DNA of 64,000 nt from Spirochaetia bacterium (lineage in GTDB: Bacteria > Spirochaetota > Spirochaetia > SZUA-6 > Bin103): assembly GCA_965198005.1 (NCBI GenBank), contig CBDAOI010000001.1, positions 32,001-96,000 of the forward strand, read 5' to 3'. The notes beneath the pieces were generated by a model. The model was given only the letters and a program-made list of their open reading frames with translations, was not told where the DNA came from and did no database searches. This document shows, piece after piece, positions 1 to 9,434 of this stretch (its first letter is position 1; every line of letters starts with the position of its first letter). A program made the translations under genes and the position numbers.

Positions 1-88
1 CTGGCCGGTCAGCCCGAAGCAGCGCCTGGCATCGGCGATTAGGCTGGAGCGGCTTGGTGGGCTGCCTCACCGCGGTTAGAATGCGGCT

Positions 89-331
89 ATGACCTCTCGT
101 ACGCAACAGCTTCTCCGCGAAGCCCTGACGCTGCCTGCCGAAGAACGCGCCGATGTGGCTGCCGAATTGCTCGCCAGCCTGGACGAGGCAGAAAGCGACA
201 TGCAGGATGTCGAGACAGCTTGGGCCGCTGAAATCGAGCGACGCGCCCGGCGGATTCTCTCCGGCCAATCAACTGGGACTCCCTGGGAAGATGTGAGACG
301 GCGAGTCGAAGACGAGTTGCGTCGGCGGTGA
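89..331 (+). CDS. Addiction-module antitoxin component (TIGR02574-like)
   Basis: 80 aa, ALTLPAEERADVAAELLASLD…AWAAEIERR…PWEDVRRR; overlaps the ParE toxin start (GTGA). Confidence 0.85.
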   Translation: MTSRTQQLLREALTLPAEERADVAAELLASLDEAESDMQDVETAWAAEIERRARRILSGQSTGTPWEDVRRRVEDELRRR

Positions 332-645
332 CCCGCGCCATCCGGTTTGAAGACGAGGCAGAACAGGAATACCGCGCTGCCGCCCGCTGGTACGACGACC
401 AGCGAGCCGGATTGGGCAGCGAATTCCTCGACACTGTGGACGCCACCCTGGCCCATATCGTTCGCTTCCCACGTGCAGGTGTGTTCGTGCCTCGCGTGCC
501 CGCCGAACTGCGTGTGCGGCGCGCACCTGTCAAGCGCTTCCCGTACCATATCGTCTACATCAACCTCAAGACCGAAGCCACGATCCGAGTGCTCGCTGTC
601 GCCCACGATCGTCGCAAGCCTGGTTACTGGAAAAGCCGGCTGTAA
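328..645 (+). CDS. RelE/ParE family toxin
   Basis: AEQEYRAAARWY…GLG.EF…RRAPVKRFPYHIVY…VLAVAHDRRKPGYW. Confidence 0.9.
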   Translation: MTRAIRFEDEAEQEYRAAARWYDDQRAGLGSEFLDTVDATLAHIVRFPRAGVFVPRVPAELRVRRAPVKRFPYHIVYINLKTEATIRVLAVAHDRRKPGYWKSRL

Positions 646-695
646 TCGCGAACACCGGTGTGGTGCACACGCGCTGGTCCGGGCGGATCTACTGA

Positions 696-775
696 TCGGT
701 TGGCCGTCTCATGTATGAGGCGGTGCGCCAGGAGGATGTCAACCTGGTGCTGGCCAACATCATGTTCATCTACTC
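696..775 (+). pseudogene. Short C-terminal fragment of an ABC permease (DppB-like)
   Basis: VGRLMYEAVRQEDVNLVLANIMFI resembles the GRLxxxAxxxRDYxxV motif. Confidence 0.5.
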
Positions 776-1160
776 GAACGGGTCGGCCCCAGCGCTCGAT
801 CATTCCGGCGCTTCCACCCTTCAGCTTCGCCACCGCCGCACCCACCCGGCACCTCCCGCGGTCTCACACCGGATGAACAGCGACCTCCACCCGTGGCGCC
901 ATCCCTGCCGCCACGGCTGGCATGTAGCTCCCGGCCCGCGACAGGGACGTCGTGGGCTGGGAGCCCGTCGGCTATTCTCGATCCACTGCGCGAGTCAGAG
1001 CTGCACCGGCTGTTTACAGTACCTTCGCAGTTCGGGAGTAACATCCGCGTCCTATTCCGGAGGCGCGCCCGGAACGCGCCCGACCAGGTCAACCAGCGCC
1101 GGGCTGTGTATGGGCGTGACCTGGCCGAGCAGCTCGAAGCAGCGCCAGGGCACCGCGGCA
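775..1160. repeat. Dispersed repeat family; related pieces at 1-35, 37120-37272 and 49720-49900
   Basis: Shared blocks such as ccggatg…gacctcc…cgtggcgccatccctg and tatgggcgtgacctggccg…gcgcc. Confidence 0.65.
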
Positions 1161-1299
1161 CCGCAGACCGAGTCGGCGGAGTGCACAGGTAACTCATCAC
1201 ACGACTGACGCGTCGTCCGTTCGTGGGCCCCGTCCATGGGGCCCAACACAGGCGTTCCCGCGCCATGGAGGGCGCGGGCGATTGGGCGCGTCCGGAGCC

Positions 1300-1440
1300 G
1301 CGCCGGAACTCGCTTAACTGCGGCTCGGAAGTGATCAGCGTGAACCGTCGCTTGCGCCACAGCTGGTACAGTTGGTCTGGGGGTGTGTCCCGTGTGATCA
1401 GAGCGGCAACGAGGATTCCGGTGTCGAGCACAACACGCAC
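1300..1440 (-). pseudogene. Truncated PIN toxin (copy of the 15868 gene)
   Basis: MRVVLDTGILVAALITRDTPPDQLYQLWRKRRF…SEFRR, then the homology breaks. Confidence 0.8.
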
Positions 1441-1443
1441 GCC

Positions 1444-1605
1444 TCACGCTCGGAGAGCCTCCTCGACGGCCTGCATGACAGCATCGGTTTGTCCCGCGTT
1501 TCGCTCTTTGACTTCTGCGACGGTCAGATCGAACAGCTTTTCTCTCACGGCGTCCTCAACAAACTGCGAGAGATGCCCTTTCTTCAGTCCCCGACTCGCA
1601 AGGAC
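1444..1605 (-). pseudogene. 5'-truncated ribbon-helix-helix antitoxin (copy of the 15640 gene)
   Basis: LASRGLKKGHLSQFVEDAVREKLFDLTV is identical to 15640-15864. Confidence 0.8.
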
Positions 1606-1868
1606 CGTTGCCATTCGATTCACGCTCCATGCGAGTGGCCTCGTAGCCATAACGGCCCAACGCTACTCTTGTTATAGAATATCTGCGGTAACTACTCAGG
1701 AGCTTCCCACCGGGCGGGGCCCGGCGTGGTCATGCAAGAAACTGTTGTTTCTTAGGAGGACCTGTGACAGGTGCGAAGGTGGTTCGGTATTCTACCTGTC
1801 TGCGCGCGCTCACAATTGTGCATCCAGGCTGAGCTGGTCTGACTGGTACTTTGAGGGGGAGTGGTCGG

Positions 1869-3375
1869 TCAGGAAGTGTCGGGGGTCGGTACGAACGGCT
1901 GACCGTTGAAGACGCGGGTCAAGGCGTCGAAGGCGCCGACCGCGTTCTTGCGGGCGGTCGAGATGTACGAGCGGATCCGGCAGAAGGCGTTGGCGCCTTC
2001 GTCGGTGCGGAACGTGCCGGAGATTTTCTGCTGCACCTTCATCATGCGAATGTCGCCTTCAGCCAGATTGTTGGTGAATGGGACATTGAGGTCGTACATG
2101 AAAGCCAGGACTTCCTGACGGTGCTGGTCGAGCCGTTCGAGCAGGTTCCTGGGCTTGGTCTTTTTTCTTCTTCCGCGCTTCTTGTTTGCGCCTGCAGGTA
2201 GTGGTGGCAACGGGTTTTGAGCATACCCTTGATCGAGGTACCTGTTGATAGCGGGCTTCAAATGCCTCGATTTGCTGTGCAGAGAGACAGTCGGTGGCTG
2301 GTGCGGTCCGCTCGATCGTGCCCTTGATATCCAGCAGGCAGTCGATCATGCTCGCAGCCCATGGCTGGTGGTATCGCTCGTGCACAAAGATCAACTCGCG
2401 CAGATGGTGAGAGTTGCACAACCCATGCCGGCATAAGTAGCGGTAGTAGGGTTTCCAGAAGTCGTGAATGGCCCGTCCGACGAAGTGGGGCAGGATGTCG
2501 ATGGCATCGAGGGCTTCGCAGCCGCGGCTGCGATGGATGTGGTAATAGGTGGCGTTGACCGTCGAGGAGGTATGCAGCCACCACAGGGTGCTTTTCACCC
2601 GTGAGCCGGTCTCATCGAAGTGCGCGACCGGGGCCTGTGCGATCTGCTGTTTGATGAGTGCCACGGGATCTTCCAGCCGTTGGTGGCAGTCGGCGACGAT
2701 GTTGGCCAGAGTCCCTTCACTCATCGGGCAGCCGAACAGATCGTCCAACAGCTCGCAGGTGCGCTCGTAGGGCAGGAACTGATAGTTGTTCAGATACACT
2801 GCCGCAGCCCGGATGCGTGGACCGTATTGGACCGGGGCGCCCACCCCTTCGGGGAACGCCGCCCGGTTCAGGTGACCGCACGGGCACAGCTTGATTTCGG
2901 CCTGATGCTCGGTGACTAGCAGCCGCAGCGGAGGCAGGTCGTGGACTTGTCGGTGCTCGACGCGGTCGGGCTCGTGCTCCGCCAGCGAGCGCTGGCAAGC
3001 CGCGCATTCCTGCACCCGGTGGACCGTGGTGTGATCGGGCTCGTCGACCGGCTTGAGCGTATGTCCCTTATGTCCGGGCTGACCGCCGGACTTGCGCTGG
3101 CCTTGCTTGCGCTGGCTTTTGGGCTTGGGTTTATTCAAGCCATCGGAAGATGGTGGTTTGCTGCTGTTGCGCGAGTTCTTGGCCAGTTGATCTTCCAGCT
3201 CCTTCACCCGCTGTTCGCTGACCTCCAGGCGCCCGCTCAGCTGCTGCACCTGCTGCACCAGCTCCTTCACCTGCTGCACCAGAGCGTGGCTGCGGGCGCT
3301 CAGCTCCTGCACCACACGCACCACGGTATCCAGCCCGGCATGGAACATCGCCACTGCCTGTGCGCGGCTCAGCAT
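1869..3375 (-). mobile_element. IS66-family transposase, frameshifted near 2240
   Basis: KNSRNSSKPPSSD, GGQPGHKG, zinc ribbon, PVQYGP, HFDETG, LCNSHHLREL; second frame FTNNLAE.DIRMMKVQQKISGTFR. Confidence 0.9.
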
Positions 3376-4253
3376 GCGCACAACTCCCGGCGAAAGTCCT
3401 TGATCAGGGGATACAGGTAGACCGCCTTGACCGCAGCCTGGATACGATTCTCGCGGTCGTTGCGGGTGCGTCCCCGGGTTTCTCCGAGCCGCACCCAGTT
3501 GGCAGCGCGATAGCAGGTCCCGCGGAAGCGGCGCTCCACAAAGGTTTCCAGCGCATGCACCGGATGTCCATACTTCGCTTGCCAGTCGGCGCCAATGCGC
3601 CGCGCGATGAGGCCCAGCAGGTGGCTGGCCAGATGCGGCACCGTGACCCAGGGCAACACCAGAAAGCGCGTGTTGTTGGTCAACAACCCCAGGTTCCGCT
3701 GCCGTGCACTGCGCTCCCAACCGATCCAGAGGTCGCGCGCGGCGCAGGTCCACGCCGCCGAACCGAACAGCACGCAACCCAGCGCCCGGCCGCGGCGGTC
3801 GCGCGCCAGATAGCGGAGGTTCTCACCCACCGTGTTGCGGTGGCCCAGATAGTGGTAGCGATCAAGCAGGCAGTTGAACAGTCCCAGCTCGTGCGAACCG
3901 GCCCCCACCACGCTCACCCGCAGCGGCCGCAGGTCGCGCAGCGCGCCACCGATCGGGTCGGTAGCATGCGCCACCGAAGCCACGTGGCGGTTGCGCAACT
4001 CGTTGGTGGACGGCCCTCGGCGTTTCGGCAGTCGGATCAGATCGGCCCGCTCCAGCTTCAGCAGCAGCGTGCGGCAGGCCATGTCTTTCATCCTGCCCTG
4101 CGCGTTGCGCCAGTCCCAGCGGCGGCACAACTCCTCGCTGAGCCGTCTTCTACTCCACGGCGGATGGTCGCTCAGAAGACCTCGAATCAGCTCGAGATCC
4201 GCGGTGTGCAACTCCCGTCCCTGGATCACCATGACGTCGGTCGTGGGGGTCAT
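3369..4253 (-). CDS. DUF4338 (DruA-like) domain protein, coupled to the IS66 transposase
   Basis: SRRRLSEELCRRWDWR…HYLG…GENLRYL…RDLWIGW…NNTRFLVLPW…HLASHLL…ETFVE..F.GTCYRAANW..LG.T.G. Confidence 0.85.
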   Translation of the reverse strand: MTPTTDVMVIQGRELHTADLELIRGLLSDHPPWSRRRLSEELCRRWDWRNAQGRMKDMACRTLLLKLERADLIRLPKRRGPSTNELRNRHVASVAHATDPIGGALRDLRPLRVSVVGAGSHELGLFNCLLDRYHYLGHRNTVGENLRYLARDRRGRALGCVLFGSAAWTCAARDLWIGWERSARQRNLGLLTNNTRFLVLPWVTVPHLASHLLGLIARRIGADWQAKYGHPVHALETFVERRFRGTCYRAANWVRLGETRGRTRNDRENRIQAAVKAVYLYPLIKDFRRELCAC

Positions 4254-4398
4254 CGGTCATACCGTACCACCTCCGCGAACAGGAGTCCAGTGAAAATCCT
4301 GATCTTTCTTGGTTTTCTCGGGAGGAGGGGATCACCCCCAGTCGGCAGCTATATAGTAATATCTGCGAAAGGAACGTTGGCTGGAAAAGTAATCGGTG

Positions 4399-4950
4399 TC
4401 AATTGCCAAATTGGGGGCTGGCGACAGCGTCCGGCACCAAACCCTGCAGCCGTTCGCCGACCCGTAGCGCGACGTGGCGGCCGGGGCGGCCCGCTGCTTC
4501 GTGGGCGCCGGTCTGAAACACGATCCGGATCTTCCCGCCCAGCGCCTCGGCATAGGCGTGCAGCGTCGACAGCCGGACGTCGCTGCGCCGCTCCAACTTG
4601 GAAAGATCGGACTGCGAAATCTGCATCCGCCGCGCCAACTCGACCTGGGTGAGGCCGTGCGCGTGCCGGAGGGCGGCCAGCCCCACGCCTGCCGGCAACG
4701 CGCCGCCCTCGGTGCGGCATCGACACCGGTCGATCCACCCGCGCCACAGCGCAGAGGTCCCGTACATAGGGTACGCGTCGATCAGCCGCAGCACGGTGTC
4801 GGAAAATGCACCCCGGGGATCACGCAGAATCGCGCGTGCGATGGGGCCCCAATCGTCCAGGTCTCCCCGCTGCAGCAGGTCGACCACGACCGCGAGCGGT
4901 TGGCTTTCCAGCGGCGTATCGGGAGAGGCGTGAACGTGGCGGTGGATCAT
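4399..4950 (-). CDS. XRE-family HTH protein (probable antitoxin); C-terminus possibly fused
   Basis: LAALRHAHGLTQVELARRMQISQSDLSKLERRSDVRLSTLHAYAEALGG. Confidence 0.75.
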   Translation of the reverse strand: MIHRHVHASPDTPLESQPLAVVVDLLQRGDLDDWGPIARAILRDPRGAFSDTVLRLIDAYPMYGTSALWRGWIDRCRCRTEGGALPAGVGLAALRHAHGLTQVELARRMQISQSDLSKLERRSDVRLSTLHAYAEALGGKIRIVFQTGAHEAAGRPGRHVALRVGERLQGLVPDAVASPQFGN

Positions 4951-5049
4951 GGCGGCCCCTCCACCAGTTCGTCCAACACCCGCACGGCGACCCGGCGGCA
5001 CGCATCGACCACCGTCTGCCAGTCGTGCCAGCGGCGATCCAGCCGGCGG

Positions 5050-5230
5050 TACTTGACCTTGCCGTCCTGGCGGAAGGTTCGGCGCAGCAGATGGGTGCGG
5101 TAGGTTTGGTTGTTGTGGTGGCGGGTAGTGGTGGCTACGTGGACAGCGCCGTTTCTGGGTGACACGGGGCAAATATGGACATGGAAGGCTAGGGAAGTCA
5201 ACAGAAATCGAAAGTATTAGTGGCTACCAG
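5050..5230 (-). mobile_element. IS1634-like transposase N-terminal fragment
   Basis: HVATTTRHHNNQTYRTHLLRRTFRQDGKVK. Confidence 0.65.
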
Positions 5231-5260
5231 GCGGCGCGACCAGGGACTTCGTGGATTTGT

Positions 5261-5331
5261 GCAGTGACCGGTTAGCGGTGACGTCGGTGACGTCCGAGCG
5301 GTTGACAGGTTTGCCGCGCACGTGCGAGACT
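5261..5331 (+). promoter_or_regulatory. Cassette promoter motif GAGCGGTTGACA preceded by GGTGACGTC x2
   Basis: TTGACA at 5302-5307; same motif at 11231, 26288, 29010 and 31828; the -10 match is weak. Confidence 0.55.
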
Positions 5332-5354
5332 TCCACGACAACGGCCAGCACACG

Positions 5355-5511
5355 AGGAGGTGCAAGATGATACTCAAGGGACCGCACGCGCGCGCGGCGT
5401 GAACCCGCCTGAGTCACACGCCGCGCGCTTTACAGATTTGACTCGGTCTGGCCGCCTGCGTTGCGGGCGCGAGAGTAGCCAGGGAGCGGCAATTCGCTCC
5501 GCAATACTCTC
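5355..5511 (+). promoter_or_regulatory. Structured SBP leader, copy 1: uORF plus attenuator-like hairpins
   Basis: AGGAGG; stem GCGCGCGGCGTG (5390-5401) / CACGCCGCGCGC (5417-5428) then TTT; GAGAGTA…TACTCTC stem at 5471-5511. Confidence 0.75.
5367..5402 (+). CDS. Putative leader peptide MILKGPHARAA
   Basis: Perfect SD 6 nt upstream; conserved in 4 copies. Confidence 0.6.
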   Translation: MILKGPHARAA

Positions 5512-5535
5512 AAGAATCAACATACGGAGTTACGT

Positions 5536-7341
5536 ATGAATATTGTACACATTACCAGGACCTTCGCGGTTGCGTTGGTCCTCGTCCTGACCGCGACCGG
5601 CCTCTGGGCCACGGGAGAAACCGAATCCGCAGCCGCCGAGGCTGAAATGGTGACCGTAGAGCTTATGCGCGCGGATGGAACCATGATGACCAAGGAAGTA
5701 GAGAAGCCTCGATACGGTGGAATGTACACCGAGAGCATCGAGTTGGCGCTTCCGGCAGAGTCCTCCTGGGTAACGGGTGACCCGTCCCATACGACCTGGG
5801 CCCTCCAGGTTACCAATGAGCGGCTCCTCCAGGTCGACTGGGCGCGCGGAGCTTCCGGCACCGGAGACTATGGAGTGTTCCTGGCGCCCACCCCCGACAA
5901 GAAAACGGGAGCGCTCGTCGAGAGCTGGGAACAACCCAGTCTGACCCGCATCATTCTTCACGTGCGTCCGGGAGTCCCGTTCTGGGAGCGGAGTGACGTG
6001 GCGCGGCCCAACGATGCGCTGGAGTCGGCCTACGGTCGCCACGTCGATGCCCACGACCTCGTATTCTCCTGGGGCCAGTACTTCATCAAGACCCTCGGTT
6101 ACCACTGGACGGCCGTCGATGACATGACCGTGGAGATAACGCTGGACGAACCGGACGCGACCCAGGCTCAGTTCTTCTTCGCCCAGTTCGCCGCCGTGGT
6201 GCCGCGGGAAACCGAGGGCCTCAACATGGCCGATTGGCGGAACACGCTCGGCACGGGAGCGTTCATACCGACGGAACTGACCCCCGGTAGTGTGGTAACC
6301 TTCAAGAAAAATGAGAACTACTGGCAAACGGATCACATTCATCCTGAGAACCAGCTTCCCTACCTGGACGGGATGAGAATCGTGTCGTTTGAGGATGAGG
6401 CAGGGGTCATAGCGGCGCTACGCGCCGGCAGGCTCGACCGAACGGCGGGTCTGGGAATCGCCACCAGGTGGCAGGAGAGCCTCGAGGAGACCAATCCCGA
6501 GATCCTGTCGGGTCCGGCCATCATCAATCAAAGGGTGTTCAACGTGCGCCTGGACATCGAAGGCAGCCCCTGGCAGAACCTCCTCGTTCGCCAGGCTGCT
6601 CACCTCGCCATTCCTCACGCTGAGATACGCGACGAGTTCTACCAGGGCAATGCTCTGCTCTTCGGCTGGCCCAACTTCCCGCACCACGCTCCGTTGTACG
6701 TTCCGTTTGAAGAGCTGCCCACCAGTCCGCAAATACCCGGCTCAGGGGCCAGCGCCCGGGAGCTGTTCGAATTCCATCCCGACAAGGCCCGGGAGCTTCT
6801 TGCTCAAGCCGGCTATCCCGACGGGTTCACCTTCGAATTGCTCACTCAGCCGACAGATGCGGAATGGGCCGAGCTCTACGCCGGCTACTGGGACGACGTG
6901 GGAATCAACGCCGAGTTCAACGTGGTGGAGTCCACGGTCTTTTCGTCGAGCATCGCCGCGGGCGAGCATCAGTCGATGATCGCCACGAGCTGGGGTAACT
7001 GGGCGGATCCCTACTCGGTAATGCAGCAGTACTACGACCCAGGCAATCCGTCCAACTACTCCCGCGGTACTGACGAACGCGTCACCGATGCCTACCGCCA
7101 GATCACGCAAACCCTGGACCAGGACGAGTTGATAAGGCAGTTCCAGGAGACCGCGGTCTACATCATAGAGAATGCCGTTGTGATCGCCGGCGTTCCCGAG
7201 GCTAACTTGCAGTTCTGGCAGCCGTGGGTAAAGGGTTACAGCGGCGAGCTGATCGGCGCCGGTATTCAGGGCTGGCACGACGTCGCCAAGCACGTCTGGG
7301 TCGACCAAGACCTGAGGGAGCAGATTACCGGCAGCCGCTGA
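5536..7341 (+). CDS. ABC transporter substrate-binding protein, family 5 (DppA/OppA/NikA-like)
   Basis: Signal peptide, PRYGG, LVESWEQP, LGTGAF, KNENYW, LPYLD, ARELLAQAGYPDGF, WQPWVKGY. Confidence 0.92.
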   Translation: MNIVHITRTFAVALVLVLTATGLWATGETESAAAEAEMVTVELMRADGTMMTKEVEKPRYGGMYTESIELALPAESSWVTGDPSHTTWALQVTNERLLQVDWARGASGTGDYGVFLAPTPDKKTGALVESWEQPSLTRIILHVRPGVPFWERSDVARPNDALESAYGRHVDAHDLVFSWGQYFIKTLGYHWTAVDDMTVEITLDEPDATQAQFFFAQFAAVVPRETEGLNMADWRNTLGTGAFIPTELTPGSVVTFKKNENYWQTDHIHPENQLPYLDGMRIVSFEDEAGVIAALRAGRLDRTAGLGIATRWQESLEETNPEILSGPAIINQRVFNVRLDIEGSPWQNLLVRQAAHLAIPHAEIRDEFYQGNALLFGWPNFPHHAPLYVPFEELPTSPQIPGSGASARELFEFHPDKARELLAQAGYPDGFTFELLTQPTDAEWAELYAGYWDDVGINAEFNVVESTVFSSSIAAGEHQSMIATSWGNWADPYSVMQQYYDPGNPSNYSRGTDERVTDAYRQITQTLDQDELIRQFQETAVYIIENAVVIAGVPEANLQFWQPWVKGYSGELIGAGIQGWHDVAKHVWVDQDLREQITGSR

Positions 7342-7370
7342 TGAGGCGGCGAGCGTAGGGTTTTTATGGC

Positions 7371-7418
7371 GCAGGGGTGGCGTTCGCGCTGGGCGAAACG
7401 CGGAACGGCCCCTGTGCT
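7371..7418 (+). terminator. Intercistronic hairpin after the SBP gene
   Basis: gcagggg…cccctgt stem with an internal cgttc…gaacg stem. Confidence 0.45.
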
Positions 7419-7494
7419 TCATCCACGGCGTCTCCTCGAGTGTGAGCGCAGCGATGGGGTCGTTGTGGCGCGCGGAGAGCAGCGGTAGGGTTCA

Positions 7495-8454
7495 GTGCGT
7501 GCCTATATCATCAGAAGACTGCTGCTGACCATTCCCACCATCCTCATCGTGAGCACCATAGTCTTCCTCGGCATTCGCCTCATCCCGGGCGACGTCGTCG
7601 ACTACATGGCCACGATGATCTACCAGTACGGCACCGGAGCGGGCGACCCTCGGGAGGCAATCCGGCAGAATCTGGGGCTGGACGTGCCACTTCACGTCCA
7701 GTTTGGCCGGTGGCTGGTGGGCATCGCAAAGGGTGACCTGGGGGTGTCTCTGTGGACATCCACATCGGTAGCCGAGGGCATACTGATCAGACTCCCCGTG
7801 TCCCTGGAGGTTGGCTCCCTGGCCATACTCATTTCGTTGATGATTGCCGTCCCGGTCGGGATCTACTCTGGGATGCGGCCGGAAACGGCGGGCGACTACG
7901 TATTGCGCAGCTTCGCGATACTGGCTATCGCCGTTCCCAGTTTCTGGCTGGGGACCATGGTCATGATCTATCCGGCAATCTGGTGGAAATGGTCGCCCCC
8001 CATGTTCTACGTACGGTTCTTCGCCGACCCGGTCGACAATCTCAACATCGTCATCGTGCCCGCGATCCTGCAAGGTCTGTGGCTTTCGGGCATCACCATG
8101 AGATTCACCCGCACCATGATGCTCGAGGTGCTGCGGCAGGACTACATCCGGACTTCCTGGGCGAAGGGTCTTTCGGAGAAGGTGGTCGTCATAAGGCATG
8201 TCCTCAAAAACACGCTCATCCCGTTGATAACGATGATCGGACTGCAGCTGCCGGTATTGATCGGCGGGGCGGTGGTTGTGGAGCAGATTTTCGGTCTCCC
8301 GGGGCTCGGTTCTCACCTGGTGAGGGCGCTCGAGAAGCGAGACTACCCGATTGTCTCCGGAATCAATCTGCTCATGGCAGGCTTTGTGTTGGTGGTCAAC
8401 GTGATAATAGATATCAGCTACGCTTGGCTCGACCCCCGCATCAGGTACCGCTAA
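7495..8454 (+). CDS. ABC transporter permease, DppB-like
   Basis: YIIRRLL…IPGD…LGLDVP…TRTMMLEVLRQDYIRT.WAKGL…RDYP…LDPRIRY. Confidence 0.93.
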   Translation: MRAYIIRRLLLTIPTILIVSTIVFLGIRLIPGDVVDYMATMIYQYGTGAGDPREAIRQNLGLDVPLHVQFGRWLVGIAKGDLGVSLWTSTSVAEGILIRLPVSLEVGSLAILISLMIAVPVGIYSGMRPETAGDYVLRSFAILAIAVPSFWLGTMVMIYPAIWWKWSPPMFYVRFFADPVDNLNIVIVPAILQGLWLSGITMRFTRTMMLEVLRQDYIRTSWAKGLSEKVVVIRHVLKNTLIPLITMIGLQLPVLIGGAVVVEQIFGLPGLGSHLVRALEKRDYPIVSGINLLMAGFVLVVNVIIDISYAWLDPRIRYR

Positions 8455-8477
8455 AGCACGCGCGCACGGAAGCGAGC

Positions 8478-9428
8478 ATGTCGACTACGGAACAACCACC
8501 GAGCACGGCCACAACGATCACCCGGGGATCAGTACGGGATTTCTTCAGGCGGCTGTTCCGGGAGCGCAAGTTGGGTGCCGCGAGCCTGATCGTCCTCTTG
8601 ACGTTTCTGTTGGTAGGCATCTTCGCCGAGTTCCTCGCACCACACGGAATGCTCGACCACAACGTCAGCCGGCGTCTGGAGGGGCCATCCGTCGAGTTCC
8701 CCCTCGGGACCGACCAATTCGGGCGCGATCAGCTGAGCCGCATCATCTTCGGCGCTCGTATCTCGATGATCGTCGGGGTTGCTGCCAGCGCGCTCTCGGT
8801 TGTCGTTGCGACCATTCTCGGCCTGATCTCGGGCTACCTGGGCGGCCGGTTCGATCTGATCATGCAGCGGTTCGTCGACGCTGTGCAGAGCTTCCCGTGG
8901 CTGTTCCTGGTGCTGACCATCATGTCGATCCTGGGGCCGGGTATTCTTCAGGTAATCATCGTCCTGGGGGTCCCGTGGGGGATCGTCAACATACGCACCG
9001 TCCGGAGCGTCGTGTTGAGCGTCAAGGAGAACGCGTACGTCGAGGCGGCGCGGGCCATCGGGTCGCGCGCCGGGAGAATACTCTGGCAGCACATTGCGCC
9101 GCAGATCGTGGCGCCGATAATCGTTCTCTTTACCGTCTCCCTCGGCGGGAACATCATCGGCGAGGCAACCGTGAGCTTTCTCGGCTTCGGGATCCCACCT
9201 CCCACGCCGAGTTGGGGCGGTATGCTCAGCCTGGAGGGACGCAAGTACATGCTGCAGGCTCCTGGGCTGGCGTTCTGGCCCGGTCTGTGCCTCGCCGCGG
9301 TGGTGTACGCGATCAACATGTTCGGCGACGCGATGCGCGACCTGCTCGATCCACGGCTGCGGGGTGGTATCGGGCGCTTTGGCATGGCGAAGAACAAGCG
9401 TAGGGTTGGTTCGGCAACAGGAGGTTAA
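8478..9428 (+). CDS. ABC transporter permease, DppC-like
   Basis: LGTDQFGRD.LSRIIFGARIS…YVEAARAIG…SFLGFGIPPPTPSWGGML…NMFGDAMRDLLDPRL. Confidence 0.93.
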   Translation: MSTTEQPPSTATTITRGSVRDFFRRLFRERKLGAASLIVLLTFLLVGIFAEFLAPHGMLDHNVSRRLEGPSVEFPLGTDQFGRDQLSRIIFGARISMIVGVAASALSVVVATILGLISGYLGGRFDLIMQRFVDAVQSFPWLFLVLTIMSILGPGILQVIIVLGVPWGIVNIRTVRSVVLSVKENAYVEAARAIGSRAGRILWQHIAPQIVAPIIVLFTVSLGGNIIGEATVSFLGFGIPPPTPSWGGMLSLEGRKYMLQAPGLAFWPGLCLAAVVYAINMFGDAMRDLLDPRLRGGIGRFGMAKNKRRVGSATGG

Positions 9429-9434
9429 TTGACA

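Noticed and set aside
3369-4253. Complete Druantia defence system
   Set aside because: No DruE helicase or other Dru genes are in the window.
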